Shown here: positions 1 through 13,602 of the stretch, piece after piece
How positions within the stretch are numbered: position 1 is the first letter of the stretch
Layout: each line of letters opens with the position of its first letter
Source: Raillietiella orientalis
Taxonomy: Eukaryota
NCBI GenBank assembly: GCA_036172245.1
Contig: JAYWIR010000002.1
Span: 1,922,001 to 1,986,000, forward strand
Direction of reading: 5' to 3'
Length of the DNA stretch: 64,000 nucleotides
The notes under the pieces: generated by a model
Database searches by the model: none
The model's input: the letters and a program-made list of their open reading frames with translations, nothing else
Told to the model about the DNA's origin: nothing
Made by a program: the position numbers and the translations under genes

Positions 1-3000
1 CTTTCCTTCCCTTCGAGCGCGACGAGGGAAGAGGAAGGGAGCGAGGAGGGGGAAACCCGTCCTTCCTGGGACGTCCGCTGCGTACCCGGAAGCGCCGTCA
101 TCTCCCGGATTTCCGCTCCTCACCGACAGGGGAGGGGGTCACAGGCGGCTCCTCCCATCCTGTTCTTTCCTGCCCTAGAGATTCTTTCTCCCCCCCCCCC
201 CATCTCGGTGCACCCGCCGACAGCAGCGCCACCAGCGAGCTCCCTAAAATCACTTGGCCTGCCCCCCTACCCCGCCCTCGCGCGGGCTCCTTCTGGCCTC
301 GGTTTCGCTCAGGTTGCTGCACTCCTCCCTGCTTCCCTGGGGTACCAGCCCCTCACGAGAGAACCCTTCCCCATGAGAACGTGACAGGGGGAAGAGGAAA
401 AGTGACTGGGAGGGGACCTCCCTCCCCACCCCGAAGGGGTGCGGAGCTCGCGCGCGTGAGGCTTCCCCCGCGGAGTCGACACCGCGAGCGGGCGGCGGCT
501 GCCGTCCTCGTCGGGGCGGGAAGTCGCAGTCCGGAAGAGCGGAAGGGAAAGCCGGCAACGCGTCTCCGGGAATTCTCCCTCCTCCTCCTCCCTCCCCCTC
601 CTTCCTGCGCGCGTCTCAGGGCGTGCAACAAGCGCTTCCGGGTGGAGTTGACCTCCGGGAACAGGAAAAACGGAAGAGTTCCGGGAACGAAAGCGGAACG
701 CTTCCGGGAGCGGGACGAGAGGACCCGAGATCCGTGGGTCGCTCGGCCGCCTCTCCCACCGCTGCTAGCTCAAGGACCGGAAGATCCTCCCGACGGGCCA
801 CACAGGCGACAGGGGCAGGGGAGGGCCGAGAAGGAAGAAAGAAAGACCTGCCGGCTTCCCCCTTCCCACCTTCCTCACTCGGAGGCTGCCGTGGTCGTGC
901 CACTGCGCCTCGCGGCTACAGGACGGCGCAGAGGTGCGGCAGTGGGGAGGGAGGGACAAGAGCAAGGTGTTCCTCCTCTCTCGGCCTCCCCCCCTTCTTC
1001 GTGAGTCCTAGGACTCCCCTTCACCCTCGTGTCCCCCTCTCCCTCCCTCGCCTCCGGGTGACTCCCACCCCGTTTCTTTCCAGGAGGGTCCAGGGGTCCA
1101 GGGGGAGATCCGCAGTCAGGGCCGGTCCTCACTTGCCCGCGCTTTGCGGGAGGAGCTGTCCACAAAGGGAGGGAGGGAGGTCGCCGCAACCTCAGCGTCG
1201 TCGCTCCCCCCTCTCTCTCTTCCTGCCCGATCCCCCTCCAAGGTCCCTGCCTCCATGCTTCCTTCGGCGGGGCTTCCCCGGCGCCTTTCGGCCCCCCAGC
1301 CGCCCCGAAATGAGGCCGTCGCTGCCGGCGCCGGCCGCGCTCGCCTCCTCGTCGCGATAGCAACCGGAAGGGACTCCTCACCCCGCTCTTCCGCCACTCC
1401 CCCTCCTCCTCACTCCTCTGCTCCGTTCCACCCGCAGAGCTTCTCCTCTACGCGGAGAGCGACTTCTGTGGGGAACTGACGGGGGGACCGGGAGGAGATA
1501 ATGGGTGTGGTGGAGACTCTCGGGCGGCTTCGTTTCCTGCTGGGTGAAGGGGGTCGAGGGGGGAGGCAACGGAGCCAGTTGCCGCTTGAGGCGGAGTAAG
1601 GAGGAAGGAGTGGATGGGTTTCCAGGGAAGCGCCGGAGGCGGCAGGCTGTCCACCCACCACCCAACATTCCGTGAGGCTGAGCCCTCTCCCTGGAAGAAC
1701 GGCCCTCCCTCCTTAGATGGGATTCCCCCCGTTCTCCGGAAGTGGAGCGGACCCTCCTCAGAGGGGAGCTACGTCAGGGGCAAGCGAATGGGGAGGGAGC
1801 GGCTCACTCTGCTCGAGTACGGAGAAAAAAGGGGTTGGGACCTGGGGGCTTTCTTGGGGGAGGGAAAGGGGACACACACGGGGCGATCAAGCCCTGAAGC
1901 GACCAACCAGGAGAATGGTGGGCCCTCTCGCACGCTTCCCTACGCCTGCTCTGGGGTTCCCCGACGGGGGAGGGGGAGGGGTGCTAATCCTCAAGAGAGC
2001 AGAAGGCGTCCCGCCAAAGACGGGAGGACGGACAAGAGCGCTCGCGTCCTGGGAAGGGCGGGAGGCACCGACCGCGTGCTCCTGCATCGCTGCGGAAAAA
2101 GATGGGCCGCTCCCCCCCTGCGCCCGTCGCGCGCAGGGACCCTCGTTTGTCCTCCCTCTTTCCTCCTGACTGCGCCTCCCGTTTTACCGGCGGGGACTCG
2201 AAGGGAGGGGGGAGGAGATGGGCCCGCTCGGGGATGGGTCGGGATCTTCCGTCCTCCCCTTCCAGGGAATAAGTGGTGCGACCTCTCCCCCTCCAGGAAC
2301 CGGGAGCTCTCCGACACGTTTCCTGAAGGGAGTGCGCGGCCCCGCCTCCCCCTCCACACGAGCAGGGGAGGAGGCGAAGGGAGGGGCGAGACGGCGGAGA
2401 CGAGGAGGAGAGGCAGGGGCGCCTTCCTTAGTTCCGTCCATCTAAGCGGCGCCGACTGCCCCTCCCCCTTCCAAACCCACCCCCATCCCTTTGCAGCTCC
2501 TCCCCTGGCACGCCCGCCCGCCAGCCGCCGCAGAGCTTCCGAAGGGGCTCCGCGCTCAGCCCACCGCGCCCCGCAACCACACCTCCCTCCGAAAGGACGC
2601 GTGCCAGCACCCTTCCCCCCCCCCCCTCCCAGGTCCCTTGGCGTGACGGGGAGCTCCAGTAGTTGTCGTCCTGGTCTGTGCGCCGCCCTCCTTCTTTCGT
2701 CGCTCTCTCGAAGAGGAGGGGGCGCGTAAACGGAGGTCGCGCCGTTTGCATTCCCGGCGGCTGCCTCGGGGGAGCCCCTGGTCACGCATCCCTCTGTCCT
2801 GCGGTCGGATGTCTCCAGGGGAATTCCAGGACGAGGAAGAAGAGCAGGATTCCCCGTTGCTTCTCCCCCCCACCGACCTCTTCCGTGCGTCCGAGGTTTG
2901 GCAGAGGAGTGGTCGTGCGCGCATCCCGGAGGGAACCTGCTGAACGCGCGCGCGCAGAGGGCGCCCCGCCACGCTCCCTGTCTGCCTCAACCCGGTCTCC

Positions 3001-5712
3001 CCGGGTGACGGCTGCTCTCGAGGGAGGGGAGAGTCTCGCATCGTCCTCCTGTGCCTCCATCCGTTATCCCCCTCTCCCACCCTTATGACTCTCGCGAAGG
3101 AGCAAAGCTCGCCTCTTTCCCCCCTCACACGAAGAAGGGTTCTTCCCTTTTTTGAGTGTGAAGGACTTGGGACGATCGCAGAAAACAAACACACAAAAAA
3201 AAACTCCAGGGATCCCCTAGGAAGCGCGTGCATGCCCGTCGGAGGCTTTCCTGCGGCGAGTCGGTCAGGTGCTTTCCCTGAGACGCCCTCACACCCTCCT
3301 CATTCCTCCAGCTCTTCCTCCTCGGCGGCGGACCGCAGCCTCCGGGGCTCCCGCTAGGGACGCTGCAGAAGCTCTCCATCTCGACTCGAGGAAGAGTTCT
3401 CGAGAAGCTGAGGACCGCCTAAAAGCATCCCACGAGGAACGAGCAGCCGACAGGTCTCCGAGGGACGAGCGGAGCGGCCCGGGGCAAGGGGGCGGCCGCT
3501 TCTCGCTTCCGGAGAACTCCTCTCCGGGGATCATGAAAGGTGCGCGGGAAGAGACTCCTCCTTCGGCCTCCTTCGGGGCTTCCCTTCAACGCTCCGAAGA
3601 TCAACGACGCTCCCTCGGCTTCGCCTCAGCATCCTGCTTCCGCATCAGATCGGTTGAGCCGAAGCAGTGGGGGGCCCTTCATCCTTCCATCAGCTGCTCC
3701 CGAGAGCCTTTCTCTGGTATCCGTTCCGAATCTCCTCTAGGGCTCCGCTCTCTGACGTGGCAGCCGAGCGAAAACGGCACACGCTGCGCAGGTGCGCTTT
3801 TCTTTCCGTACTTTGAAGCATCTTCCCTCCCGAGTCTCTGAAAGCGCCGAGGCAACTCTTTTACCCCAGTCACCCTCGCCCCAAGTGGAGGGCTCTCGAC
3901 GGAACGCAACCATGTGTTCCTGCAGCTCCTTCTATCTTTTTGAATTCTTCGGATTTTCCCTACCTTCCTTATCTGTTATTGTTCATTGCGCAACTGAGGT
4001 CCACGTGATGCAAGTGTGATTTCATTTTCCTACTCTCAGAGATGCTCTTTCATGCATTCTGATGAGAGTTGGTTCTGTTTTTTTTTTTTTTTTTTCCTTC
4101 TTCTTTTTCTTTTCTTCTTCTTTTGAGGCTTTTCCATATAAGGATAGGGATCTACTGCACACTTGATTCCCTCGCCCGAATCGCTCCTCGGATGAATCGA
4201 TTCCGAACTCAACCCTTGTACCGAGACTGTTTCATCACAATCTCTCCTCCAAGGTGGAAATTCGCCTCCCTCTTATGCAAGTCTAAGTGTACATGCGTGC
4301 TTCTGCTAAAACTCTTGCCGATGACCGTTCGAACGGAAAATGTGAAAATGCATCAGAGACGTACAGACGTCCGTGTGTGCACGTTTAACTTTTTATTTTT
4401 TCCTTTTTTACAATCCAGAGGGGAGAAAGAAAGGCAACACACGAGCGGAAAGTCTCTGTGGCACGCACACACAACAACACCACAAACACACCACGAACAC
4501 AAGCGCAGAATTCTTGAAACCGGAGAGACCAAAAATATCTGAATTTTAACGAGAACACCGCTGCAGCACAGGGGTGCTTTCACATTCTTTTCGCTTAAAA
4601 TACATAAAAAATGAAGATCAAGAGAATTTGCTGGAAAAGAGAAAGTTCCAGGAAGAAAAAAAAAAAAAAAATTCGAACCGAAATCGTTGGGCAATGAAAA
4701 CAGCAAGTTTCGACCGTTACAAATTACCTGGCCAGTTGTCGCACTTTGGAACATTTCGGAAGCGCATGTCCGCATTATCGTACGAGAATGTACAGAGGTG
4801 AGTTACTTTACCTGATCATCAAAAAATCATCATCAGGAAATCTAAAACGCAAATCTACCCCCTGTGGGAAATCGCCTTCGCCTCATTTCGTGTTTCACAA
4901 GGAAAGGAAAGCAAAACAGACGCAACATAAACCGCATTTCATCAAAAGAATAAGAGCCCGTCGCACTGGATTCCACGGCAACGCGGGAAAGCCGAGATGG
5001 AACGAGGAGTTACGTAACAATGAAACGCATGCTGCTGCTGCGCTAGTATTGGCCCAAGTAGCGATGATCGGGGAGGTGTGGGGGGGAGGGAGGGGGAGGG
5101 GGAAGGGGGGGGGGAAATCATCATATCCGTTGCACGATCCAACGTCAATTTGACACACTGTGCGTATCGAACGCGAAGCATCGCCGGAGGAATGCGTGGA
5201 CATTCCGTACGATACGTACGCGCGGATGATGGTACCAAAAAAGGCAGTCATGGTACCAACGATGGCAGTCGCGAAAGGCAGAATCGATGAGGTGCCGGGA
5301 CGTGGAGCCTGCGGCGGTGCTCGAGGAGTTTTCGGGGCTTGCAAATGCATCCCCGTTTCATCTTCGTTTCCTCCTCTCTCTCTCTCTCTCTCTTTCCGTT
5401 CGGCGAGGCGCGCTCGCAGCGGCAGATCCTGGAAGCCGCCGCCGCCGCCGCCGTCGCCGTTGTTTCGGAGGGTGACCTTGTGGAACGCGCGCGCACCGTT
5501 CGTTCTTCCACCGCCACATCCACCCGGCGACGACGTCTCGTTGCCCCCGTCCCTGCACCTCACAGGCGCTCGGGCCTCCGTCGGATTTTTTCGACCCGGC
5601 GCTCCGTGGCCTTGGGGTAGGTGTTTTTACAGTTAGCCCGCTAGCCTCGCCGCCGCTCCAGCGATCGAACCCACCACCACCACGAGCAGCAGCCGGTCCT
5701 CGCGTGCGGTCT

Positions 5713-5736
5713 CGCGCGCGCGCGCGCGCGCGCGCG
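5713..5736. repeat. (CG)12 microsatellite
   Basis: Direct reading. Confidence 0.95.
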
Positions 5737-8700
5737 ACGGATGCCAGTCGAGAAAGAAAGGCGACCCGCGCTCGCTGTCTTTCTCCACCTCACCCATCTG
5801 TCTTTCCTTTTCTTTTCTCTGTCTCTCTCTCTCTGTCTCTCTCTCTCTCTCTCCCGCGCTCTCTCTCTCCTCCGCCTCTCTTCGGCGGCGGCGGAACCAC
5901 CGCTCCTCCTCCCATCGCTCTTCGAAAGATGACCTGCCCCGGGAGACGACCGACGAGAAGCGTAGCGAAGTTTCTGGATAGCGGAAGGAGGCCCGGGGCT
6001 CGACGCGCTTCGGGAGAAGCGCGCGCGTGCGAGATGCGTACGAGTGCGGGGAGCACGGGCGCACCCGGCCTCGGCGTGTGCGTGCGGCGGCGGCGGCGTT
6101 GCCGTCCGCGCACGCGGAAAGGAGGGGGGAGGGGGTGCTGCTGGCCCGGCGCAGCGCGCGCGCGCCGCGGAGATTCGGAAGCGGGGCGGATGGAGGGGGG
6201 TGGCGCGCCTAAGGGAGGGAGGGAGGAGCGAGTGAAGAAGGGGGAAGGAGCAGCCCCTTCCCGTCCGCCCGTCGCGGGCGGACTCGGCCCCGTGGAAGAA
6301 GGAGGTGGGGACCGCGAGAAGGAGCGTGCAAACGACCTGTCTCATTCCTCGGAAACTGTGGGGAGGTGGCAGGGGTGGGGAGCAGCAGCGCCAGCGGTGG
6401 ACGATGTGCTCGCCAACAGCTCGCGAAACTCTTGTGCGTGTAGTCGCCTGCCTTTTTTTTTTTTTTTCTTTCCTTTTTTTTGATTCTTTTCGGGACAGCT
6501 GTTGGACGGGTTGCACCGTTACGCCATGACGTCACGCCGCCGCATCCGAAAGGAAAGTGGCAAGCGCGCTCGCTCGCCCGCCGTCCGGTGGCGGCGGCAT
6601 TCCACGGTCCGAGAGAGAGACGAAGGGGGAGGAGGAGGGGACATCTTCGGGACCAACGGATGGACGGACGAGTGTAGCGCCGTTCCCCTTCCCCTACCCA
6701 TCAGGAAAAAAAAAGGAAAGGTCCCATCATCGCAGCTTTGCCCGCTTGCTCTGCGCTGCAGTGCGTGCGTCCGTGAGTGCGTGCGAGCGAGCGAGCATTC
6801 CCCCGTACCTCCTCCCATCTGCTTCCCATAAATCCGCCGCCTCCGCGCATCTGCCCTTCTAATCCCGGAGTCGGGTTTCGGTCGAGCCCATCGATCATCC
6901 GGGAAGTCGGAGAGGGGGGGAGCCATCCTTCCGCCCCCTACCCTCGCCTCCCCCACTCCCGCTGGCGGCGGGACGAGAACGAGGGGCCCGCGCCCGCTCG
7001 GCCTCGGCTCGCCGCCGCCGCCGGCGACGACGTCCGTCATCGAGGTAGATCAGAGTCCCCCGGCGGCGGCGGCCTCGGCGCCGTGGCCTCCGGTCAGGTC
7101 AGTCAGAAAGCGCGCGCTCGCGACGTCTCGCCGCGCGGGGTCACCGTTGGTCGGCCCCTGGGCAACAGCGATTTTTCGGGTGCAAGGCGGTGCGTGGTAA
7201 CCTCCCGGGTAGGCGAAGGAGGGGGCCGGGAGGAAGGACATCATCCCTTCCGATTGGCGCGCTCACGGGCTCAGAACGACCTCCGGGAGCGAAGGAGGGG
7301 AAGGACAAGAGGAGGAGGGAGGGGCGACGCGCTTCCCGCCCGCCCCCTCTCCGCCGGTCTCCCGTTCGCCCGTTCGCGAGGTGCCGGAAGTCGGAGAGGG
7401 CGTGTGGAGAAACGCCCTGGCGATCCCCCTCCAGGAAGAAGGGGAGGAGGGAACGGGATGGTGCCTACTGCCCCCTCTGGGCCCGCGCTCGGGGAGCGGA
7501 GGAGCCTTCCTGCCGCTTCTCCCTCAAAAGACCCTCTCAGCTAGGGCTGCCCCTGAGGAGGGGCGGCGACCTCGACCTGGAGAAGCGGGGTCGATTCCGC
7601 GTCCTTAGGCAGTGATGACATCAGAAGGTACGGCCAGGGGGGAGGATGAGGGGGTTTGGAGGGGAAAGAAGAAGGGATGATTCTCGTAGCAGTGGCGCCT
7701 GCAGCGACCCTGGTCTCGCGGGAGACGCCTCCTGGCCTCCGTCCCCTCTGTCAGGAACATTGCTGCCCTCCCCTCCGTGGATCCGTCTGCCCTCCCTCCG
7801 AAGGGCGAGTGACATCGCTGGCAAGCCGGAGGGCAGGAAGGGGGCCGGCGGTTCTCTTTTGGAAGGGGGCGCGCAGGGCAGGAGGACCTCGGTTGCTCTG
7901 GAGGACGCACTCCGTGCGTGCGCGCAGGTGCCGGGAGCACTCCCTCCCTCCCCGCCTATAAATAAACTCGGACCGGGAAACCTTCCATCTTCCTCCTCCC
8001 CATCCTCCTGGAGAGGCTCCAGCCGGAGGAGGGAAGCGACAGGCCTTCTAGACGGAAGGAAGGAATTTCTGGGATCGCGCGTGCGGGGAGAGGCGCGCGC
8101 AGGGGGGGAGTGGAGGTCGCCCACGCCTTCCAGCCTTCCGCTTCGGATACCCCCCAGCCCTTACCCTGCACCCCACCTTCTCATTTCCGGGTCGATACGA
8201 GAAGCGGGGCGAAGACTACAGGCGCCCGCCGAGAGGGTCGGTTCCTCCTCGGACGAGAGGAGTCTCCGGGAAGACCCCGGCCCTGTAGATCCTGCAGGAC
8301 CGCAGGGGACCTCCTTCTTTCTTTCCCCCTCCCGGACTCCAGGGACACCTTGTCACTGGGGTGTGGGGTGGCCTCCTAGAAAGAGGTCCGCGCACCGCCT
8401 TCCCTCTGCTGTCCCTCCTAGGCTCCATCCGGAGGCCGGTCATCCCAGCTCCAAATAACGCCGAGAGGACATAAGCACTCTTATCACCCCTTCTCTCCGA
8501 CTTTCCCTTCCGGCGAGCGCCGCTGTCGCCCCAAACCCGCCCGTCCAGGAGAGCGAGCGTCCCCTGGGGTACCTGCGCGCCGGGTAAGGAGGCGACGAGA
8601 GGAGCACCCTCCCTTACCTCCCCTGTCGAGGAGGACACGGCGGTAGGGGTAGCCCACGGACGGGCGACGAGCCGCCGCCCCGAAGCTGCTCCGCTGACGC

Positions 8701-9154
8701 GCATCCCACGAGAGGCCGATGGGCCGCTGCCGCTGCCCTCCTTGCCCGGCTCCATCGACCTCCATGACCTCCCCCCCCCTCGAGGTGGGGAGTCGAGGGG
8801 GATGTCTGACCGTCTCCGGAGGCATGTCGTCTCCTCCTCCTCCTCTCCGGGACGAGCGTCTCGGGGTAGGATCCGAGAAGCTTCGGGACCACCTACGAGA
8901 GGTGGCCTTCAGGAGCCGGCCGCCTGCGCCCGCACTGGCGGTTCTCCCACACAACGGGCAACTCCCACTCCCCTTGCCCTTCCTGCAGAACCCCACGACC
9001 TGCTGGGGAGGCGAACGAGACGGGAGGTGCGGGGCGTGTCAGGAGGGGAGGGCGCTCACTAATACTCCTCCTTGCGCTCCACCCCTCCCCTTCACGGGCG
9101 CGCACAGCCTCCCCGAGACCCTACCGGGAAGCGGCCACGGCGGCGGCAGCTCTC

Positions 9155-9193
9155 CCTCCTCCTCCTCCTCCTCCTCCTCCTCCTCCTCCTCCT
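9155..9193. repeat. (CCT)13 microsatellite
   Basis: Direct reading. Confidence 0.9.
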
Positions 9194-10662
9194 CCCGGCT
9201 GGCTGGCTGACGGCGGCGCGCGTGCGCCGGCGAACCGCGGCGCGCTGCTACAATGTAATACTCTCTGCCTCCCTCCCCCTTCCCCCCCGCCCCGCCCTGC
9301 TGCCTACGCTGCCACTGCCGCCGCCGCCGCCTGAGCAGGGAGGGAGGCCGACTGCTCTGCTTGCACGCGGCGGTGGCCTCCCCCCCACGCCCCTCCCCCT
9401 CGAGGGTACTCGCCCTCTCGTCCCGCCAGGAGGCTGTCCCGCCTACGGATAGGGGATTGGGTGGTGGGCGAAAGCGGGACTTCCGGGGGGGGGAGAGACG
9501 CCGCACGGACGGCGTCCTTGCCGTCAGAGCCGGCGGGCTTGGGCAACCGGGGATGGGGGCGGAATAGGGACCGTTTCCCTGCGGAAAGCACATGGACCCT
9601 CCGTTCCCGTCCAACCTCTTCGGATACGGCCGGGAGGAAGGTTCAGACCCTTCGGGGTCGACCGACGGTCGCGTGTCTCAAGGAGGGAGGGCCCTTTCCC
9701 TCGGGCGCTGGAGGAGCCCCGAGGTTCCGGGAGACCGTCTCCGGTCGCCGGCCATCGCCTCTTCCCGGAGGCGACCCGCAGGGGCCGGCCGCCCGCGCTG
9801 GCTGTTGTTCTCCTACCGGACGAGCGATGTCCGCCGCGGCGACCCAAAGGGCGAGCGGACGGACGGGGGTGGCGGAGGGGAGGGGAGAAGGGGGAATACT
9901 CCCCTGCTGCTGCCGTCTCGGGAGGGTGCTGCCATCTCCCTCCCTTGTCCTCGCCCCCTCTTGCGCTCCAAGGGGCGTGGGTCTCCTCGGGTCTCCTCGC
10001 TTGGAGGGTGAGCAGGTGTATCCACCGCTTCCCTGCCCCTTCCTGGCAACCAACCGCGGGTGGCAGACCGGGAGGAAGATGGGAGCGAGGGAGGGCTCCA
10101 CCCCGTGAGAAGCGCCGTAGTCTCCGTGCCAGCGTTCGCCCTCACGCGCCCCTTCCTCCCTTCACTCCACCCATCGTCCCGCCCCCCCCTCGGCCCCGAG
10201 TCGGGATCAAAGGGAGCGGGCTCCCGTAACGTGCCAGCAAGCGAAGGGAGGGTGGTGGTGCAAGGGGGTACGTGCGTCGAGCGGGAGTGGCCTCGGGGAT
10301 TGCACTGAGGCCTGCTTCGCTCCTGGGCGGGGGCGCTCCCCCCTTCCTTCCTTCCTCGGGGAAGAGGGAAGAGCTCTTGCGTAGAAGGATCTCCCGGCGC
10401 CCCCCCCCCCAGCTTAGCCGGCGGGCCTCTCGAGGGTGGCACGCGCGCGTGCTGCTGAACAGAGGCAGCGTGACGCGGTGTCCCCCGCCCACCGCGGCGT
10501 CTGGCGATCGAAAGTGTCGGTAGGTAGGTGACTCGGGATTCGTCAGCGAGCACCCCCCCTCCCCGTCCACTCCACCCTGTCGGCAAGGCGTGGGCGTGGG
10601 CCACGCGCTCGCGCCGGAAGTCAAAGCCCAGGACAGAGCCACCGGATCCATCCGGATGCGGA

Positions 10663-10682
10663 CGCGCGCGCGCGCGCGCGCG
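10663..10682. repeat. (CG)10 microsatellite
   Basis: Direct reading. Confidence 0.95.
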
Positions 10683-13602
10683 CACCAGGAGCATCGGATT
10701 CGTGTGGGTGGGGCGGCGGCGGGCGCTGAGGAAAAGAGGGCCGGCCGTCCCGCCGTTTCCTCGTCCCCTCCCTTCTCCCTCTCTCCCGGCCAAGATGAAG
10801 AAGCGTGCGTATTTCGCTGCCGTGCGCCGAGGTGACGTGGCCGCCCTTCAGCTTGGAGCGCGGGCCGCCTTTCTCTGCTGCTGGGCAAGGAGAGTCAGAA
10901 ACGACGAAAAAAAAAAAAAAAAAAAAAAAGGAAGGGAGAAGAAGAAAGCAAAAAGGACGGAAGGAAAGAAAGAAAAAGAAAGAAAAGTGAAATCCGGAGC
11001 GCCCCCTTCCGAAATCGGCACGGGGATCGGTGGGCGAGCGGCTCCGCCAGCTTGGCTCTCCGGCCAGGTGATGGCATTCCATTGCGCCTGCGGAGGCTGC
11101 GCCTCGCTCGCGTCCCACCTCGTCGTCGTCTTTCTCCGTGCTCCTCGCGGTGATCGCAGCATCCCGGGGAACGGATAACGGCAACAGCATGGTTCGCGTA
11201 ACCTGAAACGGGAAACGCCGTCCCCGAAGAGAGAAGAGAGTCGTCTCCGCGCGCATATTCGCCAAGAGGTGAGCCCAGGAGGAGCGCATCTCCTCCTGCG
11301 GGCACATCTGTTGTTTGTATCACGGTCTTATGTACCACTTAATGACCTCGATAAACCCGGCTTCTAATTTTACCTGCGCACACACAAGAGTATGAAACTT
11401 ATGAAAATTTTATTACGGCCGACCGAGCGGTGCAATCGCACGTACAAACACTTGGCCTCCCTGCCTGGCTCCTCCTCCGTGTGGAAGGGGGCACATCTGC
11501 ACAACGATCAAATTGTTCGTCTCATTACACGCCGTACGGGATCAATGCAATTCTTCCGTTTTATTTGAAACGAGCACACTTTATTACGTTCGCTTCAGAT
11601 CGGCTCGGAGACTATTGGATCGAATGAATATAATTACTTTATGTTCGTTAGGCCTGTTGCTGCAAGTTCCGATATTTATGGGTTCCCCATTCACTTGGTC
11701 TCTTAACAAATGGAAAGGACACGTGAAAGGCACGGCGGCTGCGGATTTAATCTGCAAACTCTCGAGTTTTCCAGCGGCGAGCATTACGAAATGCACCGAT
11801 TTATCCTTGGACTTTGCGCGACACGTGTTTGCTTTCGTTTCGAGAAAATGGCGGAAGCGATCGCCGCAGCATTATTGGATTGCCGGGACGCACGCGTCGC
11901 GCGTTTCCAACGGTTACGGCGCGCTTCGCGCCGTTCCTTTTTCTTTTTTTTTTTTTTTCGTGTGTGTTTCTCCTTCCCCCCCCCCCCCCCCCCCTCGGCG
12001 CACGCGTGGCGTCGGCGTTGGCGCGCGCGGACGCTCCTCCGCGGGCGCATAAGGCGAACGGGAAAGGCGCGCGGCTTTTGTGCTGCGCGCGAGACGGAAA
12101 GCGCTCTTTCGCGGGCAGCAAAGTCGCGGATGACAACTGCGGTGCGAAGCTCGCCGATTGCTTTCAAAGAAGCGGCCGTAGCGCTTCTGCTACGTAAATC
12201 ATCCTCCGCCGGTGGCTCCGTTGCCGTCGTCGTCGTCGTCGTCGTCGTGACTGCAGGCAGGGAAACAGCACGTACACACACACACACAAAGGAAGAAGAA
12301 AAGAAGGGAACGAGGGGGGAGCATCGCGCGCCGAGAGGAATTTTTTTTTTTTTGGCCAGGTATTTTTCGAGGGAGCGGGAGGTTCGCTCTTCGAGCCACG
12401 GAGCGCCTCTTTTGTCCCGCCGCGCTCCAGTCCGCCGGGGGAGGGGCGAAAAGGCCCGGGAGGAGAAGAGCAGGAGGAGGAAACTCCCTCCCCACCTCCG
12501 GCCCCGCGTGTGAGGGAGAGCCAGGCGGGCACCACGTCGATGTCGCCCATCCTCGTCGCGCCTTCCTTCTCCGGATGGAGGGGTGGAAGAGGTGAACGAA
12601 AAACTCCTCGACCCCCCCCCCCCGTCTTCGCCAATAGCCTCAGCCGCCTGCCCTCCTCCCCTTTTCCTGCAGGAGCGCGACCCGGGATCCCGAGGGCTCC
12701 TCTCTCTCTCTCCCTTCTGGGGGTGGGGCTGGTGGAAGACCAGGACGAGCACTGGCTTTCCACCTTCGACGAGCTTCCGGGAAGGGGAGAAGGCGGGGAC
12801 GACGGGGACAAGGGCGATCGAGCATCCCATCAGCACGGAGGCGGGGAGGAGACTCCCATTTTTTTTTTTTTTCGCTTCTTCGTTCCAGGGGGGTACCGCA
12901 TCTGTTCTTGGAGAGCCGCGAAGACGCCGACGACCTTCCTTCTTTCTTTCCCCCCGGCGAGTCCTTTGGGGTCGCGGAGTGCGGCCGTGTCCCTCCTTCC
13001 GCTTCCTCGAGGTAAGGTTCCTCCTCGCGGGGTGGGCGGGCGCGACCTTCCCGGTTCCGGGGAGAAGGACGCAGCCGCCCGTTTCGCCGGGGAAACCCTT
13101 GCTGTCCCAAGGCGGGGCTCTCGGGGGAGGCATGGGTCGGAGGCAAGCAGCCCGAGGGCAAGTGCTAGGAGGAAGAGGCGCCCGCTCCCGGGGGGTCCGG
13201 ACAACCCGTTCGGAGCGTCCCGGGCTCCCAGAGAGGGGTCGGGAAGGGCCGCCGTCTCCAGGGGGCTCTTGGAGAACAGGACGGCAGCTCGCTCCCCCTC
13301 GGGGAAGGTCGGCGGCTGGAGGAATGCGCGCGCTGGAGGACGTGGCGGCGCCAGCAGCAGCTCCTCCAGTCGGCGGCAGCACCGTTGTGTCGCCTCCAGC
13401 GCCAAGCAGAGCAGGGCGGGGGGAGAGCCGTCCATTTCTTCCCTTGGGAGGGCACCTCCCCGAGGGCCTCCAGGGAACTTCCCGTCTCCCTCCTCCTCCT
13501 GTTGGGTCCTTCTGTTTCCTCCTGCTCTCCTTCCTCCTCGTCGCGGAGAGGTTCTCGTATCCCGCAGACGGGCGCTCTATCTAGAGCGGCCGGCCATCGT
13601 CA

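Noticed and set aside
4059-4080. Hammerhead ribozyme core (CTGATGA), also at about 25515 and 25905
   Set aside because: No stem II followed by GAAA and no compatible flanking helices.
5229-5270. Imperfect 21-bp tandem duplication inside ORF 5160-5636
   Set aside because: Only two units, with no supporting protein similarity or splice structure; not a CRISPR-like array.
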